Assembly: GCA_022819505.1 (NCBI GenBank) | Contig: JAJEHD010000015.1 | Coordinates: 1,538-65,537, forward strand | Direction: 5' to 3' | From: Acidimicrobiia bacterium | GTDB lineage: Bacteria; Actinomycetota; Acidimicrobiia; Acidimicrobiales; Aldehydirespiratoraceae | Length of the DNA: 64,000 nt | Shown: positions 61,154-64,000 of the stretch, one piece after another | Layout of the letters: every line of letters begins with the position of its first letter | How positions within the stretch are numbered: position 1 is the first letter of the stretch | Translations under genes and position numbers: made by a program | Notes under the pieces: generated by a model | What the model was told of the DNA's origin: nothing | What the model saw: the letters and a program-made list of their open reading frames with translations, nothing else | The model's database searches: none

Positions 61154-62659
61154 CTAGCCGCTGAAGTCGACCATGTCGGTGCGAGCCGTCCAGCACAGGC
61201 AGTCGGCGCTCCACTCGACGGTACGGAACTGCTGCACGCCCGCATGGTCGCCGGGCCCGAAGGTCAGGTCGCCCCAGGCGGCCAGCGGGAACCCCTCGAG
61301 GCTCTCCAGCGAGGCAACCAGCGATTCGCGGGTGAGGTCGTCGCCGGCCCCCTGCAGGCCCGCCAGCAGCACCGACATCAGGTCGCAGGTGTAGAGGATC
61401 TGGGCCCATTCGGCGGTCTCGGGTGACGACCGTGGGATGTCGGTGCCCGAGAAGCGCTCATAGTTCGACACGCAGGCCTCGGCCTCGGCGCCGACGGGCA
61501 GGCCCGCCGCGATCTCGCCCACCCGGCTGACGGTCATGGCCAGCGTCCCGTCGTACTGCTCCTGGGGCAGCGACCCGGAAGCGACATCGCCGATGTGGCT
61601 GGCCCACTCCATGCTGCGGTACGCGGGCCGGTAGTTCTGGGACTCCGCGAAGTGCATGAAGTTCGACACGCTGCTGGTGCCCACGAGGAGCACGGCCGTG
61701 TCGACGCCCGCGGCCAGGAACCGCTCCACCGAGATCTGGTCCTGGGGGCTGCCGATCCCCTCGCCGTCGGAGGCGACCTCGACCGCGATCGAGTGACCGG
61801 CCGCGGCCATGGCCTCCTTGAAGGCGTCGACGGCCTCCTCGGAGCGGGTGTCCCAGAAGATGCCGACGGTGGCGCCGTCGAAGAGGCCCTCGCCGTCGGC
61901 CCACTGGACGTAGGCCCGCAGCACCTCGGCCTCGCTCGGGCGGATGGTGAACAGGCGCGGCGCCCGGTCGTAGACGCTGGGCGAAGCCCCCATCAGGTCG
62001 ATGGTCGGGATGTCGAACCGGCTGGCGAGGCACTCCGACCCGACCGTGAAGTCCCGCCCCGAGACGACCGCAAACACGTCGTCGTCCTGGGCGAAGCCGG
62101 TACACACGCCGAGCTTGTCGCTCGTGTTGATGATGGCGTACTTGCGGAACACCAACTCGATGTCGGTGCCGTTGACCGGCAGCAGGCCATCCCGCCGCCA
62201 CCCGTCGAGGACCGCGGCGGCCTGCTGCTCCGGGTCGCCGATGCTGAACTTCTTGTTGAGGGTGGCGAAGGCCGACACGTCGGGATAGGCCAGACCGACC
62301 GTGATGGTCCGCTCGACAACAGCCGGAGCCGGCTCCGGCTCGTCCTCGACTACAGCCGTCTCGCCTTCAGCCGCCCCAGGCTCCGCCGCGGGCGCTTCGT
62401 CCTCGTCGGAGCGGATTGCCTCCTCCGTCGCGGCCTGAGCCTCGGACTGTTCGTCATCGGCCGGAGCCGCGACGTCGCGTGCCGCTTCGTCCTGACTGTC
62501 GGGCACCGAAGTGACGGCCGCAGCCGGCTCTACTGCCGCCCCCGAGCTGTCCCCGTCGCCATCACCGCACGCCGCGGCCAGCATCGCCGCGGCGACCATG
62601 CACCCGACGGCAAGGTTCACCGGCTTCGCCGTCGTCCATCTGATCGAACCCTTGGCCAT
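61154..62659 (-). CDS. orphan PBP1-type ABC substrate-binding lipoprotein (paralog of 37606..39093)
   Basis: The signal peptide ends MLAAAC-GDGD and is followed by an acidic linker. Contains SIGDPEQQA...KLGVCTGFAQDDDVFAVVS. Confidence 0.8.
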   Translation of the reverse strand: MAKGSIRWTTAKPVNLAVGCMVAAAMLAAACGDGDGDSSGAAVEPAAAVTSVPDSQDEAARDVAAPADDEQSEAQAATEEAIRSDEDEAPAAEPGAAEGETAVVEDEPEPAPAVVERTITVGLAYPDVSAFATLNKKFSIGDPEQQAAAVLDGWRRDGLLPVNGTDIELVFRKYAIINTSDKLGVCTGFAQDDDVFAVVSGRDFTVGSECLASRFDIPTIDLMGASPSVYDRAPRLFTIRPSEAEVLRAYVQWADGEGLFDGATVGIFWDTRSEEAVDAFKEAMAAAGHSIAVEVASDGEGIGSPQDQISVERFLAAGVDTAVLLVGTSSVSNFMHFAESQNYRPAYRSMEWASHIGDVASGSLPQEQYDGTLAMTVSRVGEIAAGLPVGAEAEACVSNYERFSGTDIPRSSPETAEWAQILYTCDLMSVLLAGLQGAGDDLTRESLVASLESLEGFPLAAWGDLTFGPGDHAGVQQFRTVEWSADCLCWTARTDMVDFSG

Positions 62660-62681
62660 AAGCCCCGAACCCTAGTTGGCC

Positions 62682-62714
62682 AGGTCCAGGACGGCGGGGC
62701 CCTCGGTGTGGCGG
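62682..62714. repeat. 33-bp direct repeat, copy 1 (partner at 63952..63984, 30/33 identical)
   Basis: AGGTCCAGGACGGCGGGGCCCTCGGTGTGGCGG aligns with AGGTCTCGGACGGCGGGGCCTTCGGTGTGGCGG. Each copy is preceded by CCTAGT. Confidence 0.7.
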
Positions 62715-62744
62715 GGCGGGCAGGTATCGGGAAGGTCGGACCCC

Positions 62745-63872
62745 CTACGGCGTGGGCCGGTGGTAGACGTGGGAGCGGCGGCGGCTACGGGTGAACACGA
62801 TCTGCCAGAGCTGCAGGGCCCGGGCCCGGAACGACCCGGCCGAGCTGAGCAGGTAATAGTCCCACGTGCGGCGGAAGCGCTCGTCGTAGGCGGGCAGATC
62901 GTCCCAGGCCGCGGTCACGTTGCGGTGCCAGGCCATGAGCGTGCGGTCGTAGTAGGGGCCGAAGTTGTGCACGTCCTCGATCACCCAGTCCTTCTCGGTG
63001 ACCGACGAGATCTGGGCCAGCGACGGAACGACCCCTCCGGGGAATATGTACTTGTCGAACCATGGGTCGGTGTGGTTCTTCGACACCAGCGAGCCGATGG
63101 TGTGGTGCAGCATCATCCCGTCGGCGGCCAAGAGATCGTTGCACCGCCGGAAGAACGTCTTCAGGTTGCGGGGACCGACGTGCTCCATCATCCCGATCGA
63201 CACGATGCGGTCGAAACGGCCCCCCACGTCCCGGTAGTCGCACTCGCGGATGTCGACGGGCAGTCCGGCGCAGATCTGGCGGGCCAGCCGAGCCTGCTCG
63301 TGCGCCGGCGTCACACCGGTGACCCGCGCGCCGTGCTCGGCCGCCGCGTGCCGGGCGAAGCCGCCCCAGCCGCAGCCGATGTCAAGCAGCCTCATACCAG
63401 GCTCAAGGTGCAGCTTGCGGCAGATCAGCTCCAGCTTGTGCTCCTGGGCCTCGTCGAGGTCGGCGGCACGGTGCCAGTAGCCGCACGAGTAGATCATGCG
63501 CTTGTCGAGCATTCGCTCGTACAGGTCGTTGCCGATGTCGTAGTGGGCCCGCGCGTTGCGGCGAGCCCGCCGCACCGTCTGGCGGTTGCGGGCCCGAGCC
63601 TTGAGGATGCGCAGCGTGAGTGCGGGTCTGGGCCGGATCAGCGACTGCAGATCGAGGGTCTGCACCTCAGCGATGAACTCGTCCAGTTGGTTGGCGTCCC
63701 ACCAGCCCTCCTGGTACGACTCGCCCAGTCCGAGCTCGCGGTCGGACAGAACCCGGGCCCAGAAGCGGTCGTCATGCACGGCGATGTCGCGGGGCCGGTC
63801 ACCGCCGACCTCGATCCCGGCCGTGCGCAGCATCTCAAGTCCCAGGTCTCTGGCTTCGTCGATGTCGGCCAC
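62745..63872 (-). CDS. cyclopropane-fatty-acyl-phospholipid synthase-family SAM-dependent methyltransferase
   Basis: Contains the LLDIGCGWGGFARHAA SAM motif, IVSIGMMEHVG and YYLLSSAGSFR. The start is GTG. Confidence 0.85.
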   Translation of the reverse strand: MADIDEARDLGLEMLRTAGIEVGGDRPRDIAVHDDRFWARVLSDRELGLGESYQEGWWDANQLDEFIAEVQTLDLQSLIRPRPALTLRILKARARNRQTVRRARRNARAHYDIGNDLYERMLDKRMIYSCGYWHRAADLDEAQEHKLELICRKLHLEPGMRLLDIGCGWGGFARHAAAEHGARVTGVTPAHEQARLARQICAGLPVDIRECDYRDVGGRFDRIVSIGMMEHVGPRNLKTFFRRCNDLLAADGMMLHHTIGSLVSKNHTDPWFDKYIFPGGVVPSLAQISSVTEKDWVIEDVHNFGPYYDRTLMAWHRNVTAAWDDLPAYDERFRRTWDYYLLSSAGSFRARALQLWQIVFTRSRRRSHVYHRPTP

Positions 63873-63951
63873 GGCGTGTCACGTCTCCTTAACCAGATCG
63901 TCCAGCAAGGACGGTACTTGGTGCAGGAGGGTTACCTAGTCCGATCCGGCG

Positions 63952-63984
63952 AGGTCTCGGACGGCGGGGCCTTCGGTGTGGCGG
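63952..63984. repeat. 33-bp direct repeat, copy 2
   Basis: See copy 1. On the minus strand it encodes ...RHTEGPAVRDLAGSD-stop. This is apparently the 3' end of a gene that runs off the window. Confidence 0.7.
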
Positions 63985-64000
63985 AGTTGGTGCTTGTTGA

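Noticed and set aside
1-64000. Mobile elements, prophage, defence systems, toxin-antitoxin pairs and RNA genes.
   Set aside because: - I recognised no transposase, integrase, recombinase, phage structural, restriction, Cas or nuclease-NTPase signatures.
- I saw no tRNA-like or rRNA-like sequence.
- There is no compositional break. The whole window has uniform high GC and metabolic or transport content.

Overview
The window is GC-rich and densely coding, with Actinobacteria-like codon usage (third codon positions almost always G/C) and many 4-bp start/stop overlaps. I call about 57 protein genes. I recognised no rRNA, tRNA, CRISPR array, transposase, integrase, phage gene or known defence gene.

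The content is one large transport and catabolic island with extensive paralogy:
- five amidohydrolase_2 genes
- five acyl-CoA dehydrogenase-family genes
- four family-III CoA-transferase domains
- two TauD/TfdA dioxygenases
- two ThDP (thiamine diphosphate) enzymes
- four SDRs (short-chain dehydrogenases/reductases)
- three PBP1-type lipoprotein binding proteins
- a P450 and a distant 3Fe-4S-type ferredoxin
- an aldehyde dehydrogenase and a GGT-like protein
- one FadR-type GntR regulator

The most unusual signals are these:
1. Two paralogous Liv-type ABC importers have an atypical build. LivH, LivM and LivG are fused into one ~945-aa chain, and the LivF-like ATPase is fused to the C-terminus of a complete 12-TM MFS domain.
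2. An AT-rich 18-bp palindrome (roughly AATTnAGTAYRCTnAATT) occurs ten times. It is always intergenic and sits in front of almost every transcription unit between 7.9 and 59.1 kb. This suggests one regulon, with the local GntR as the candidate regulator. The palindrome core doubles as bidirectional -10 hexamers, and several genes look leaderless.
3. There are several unusual fusions or degenerate proteins:
   - a CDO-like cupin fused to three rhodanese domains
   - a tandem double CaiB/BaiF CoA-transferase
   - one FAD-motif ACAD (acyl-CoA dehydrogenase) followed by two short subunits without the FAD motif
   - a triplicated alpha/beta-hydrolase-like module lacking the nucleophile

All functional calls come from motif recognition by eye. 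No database search was possible.
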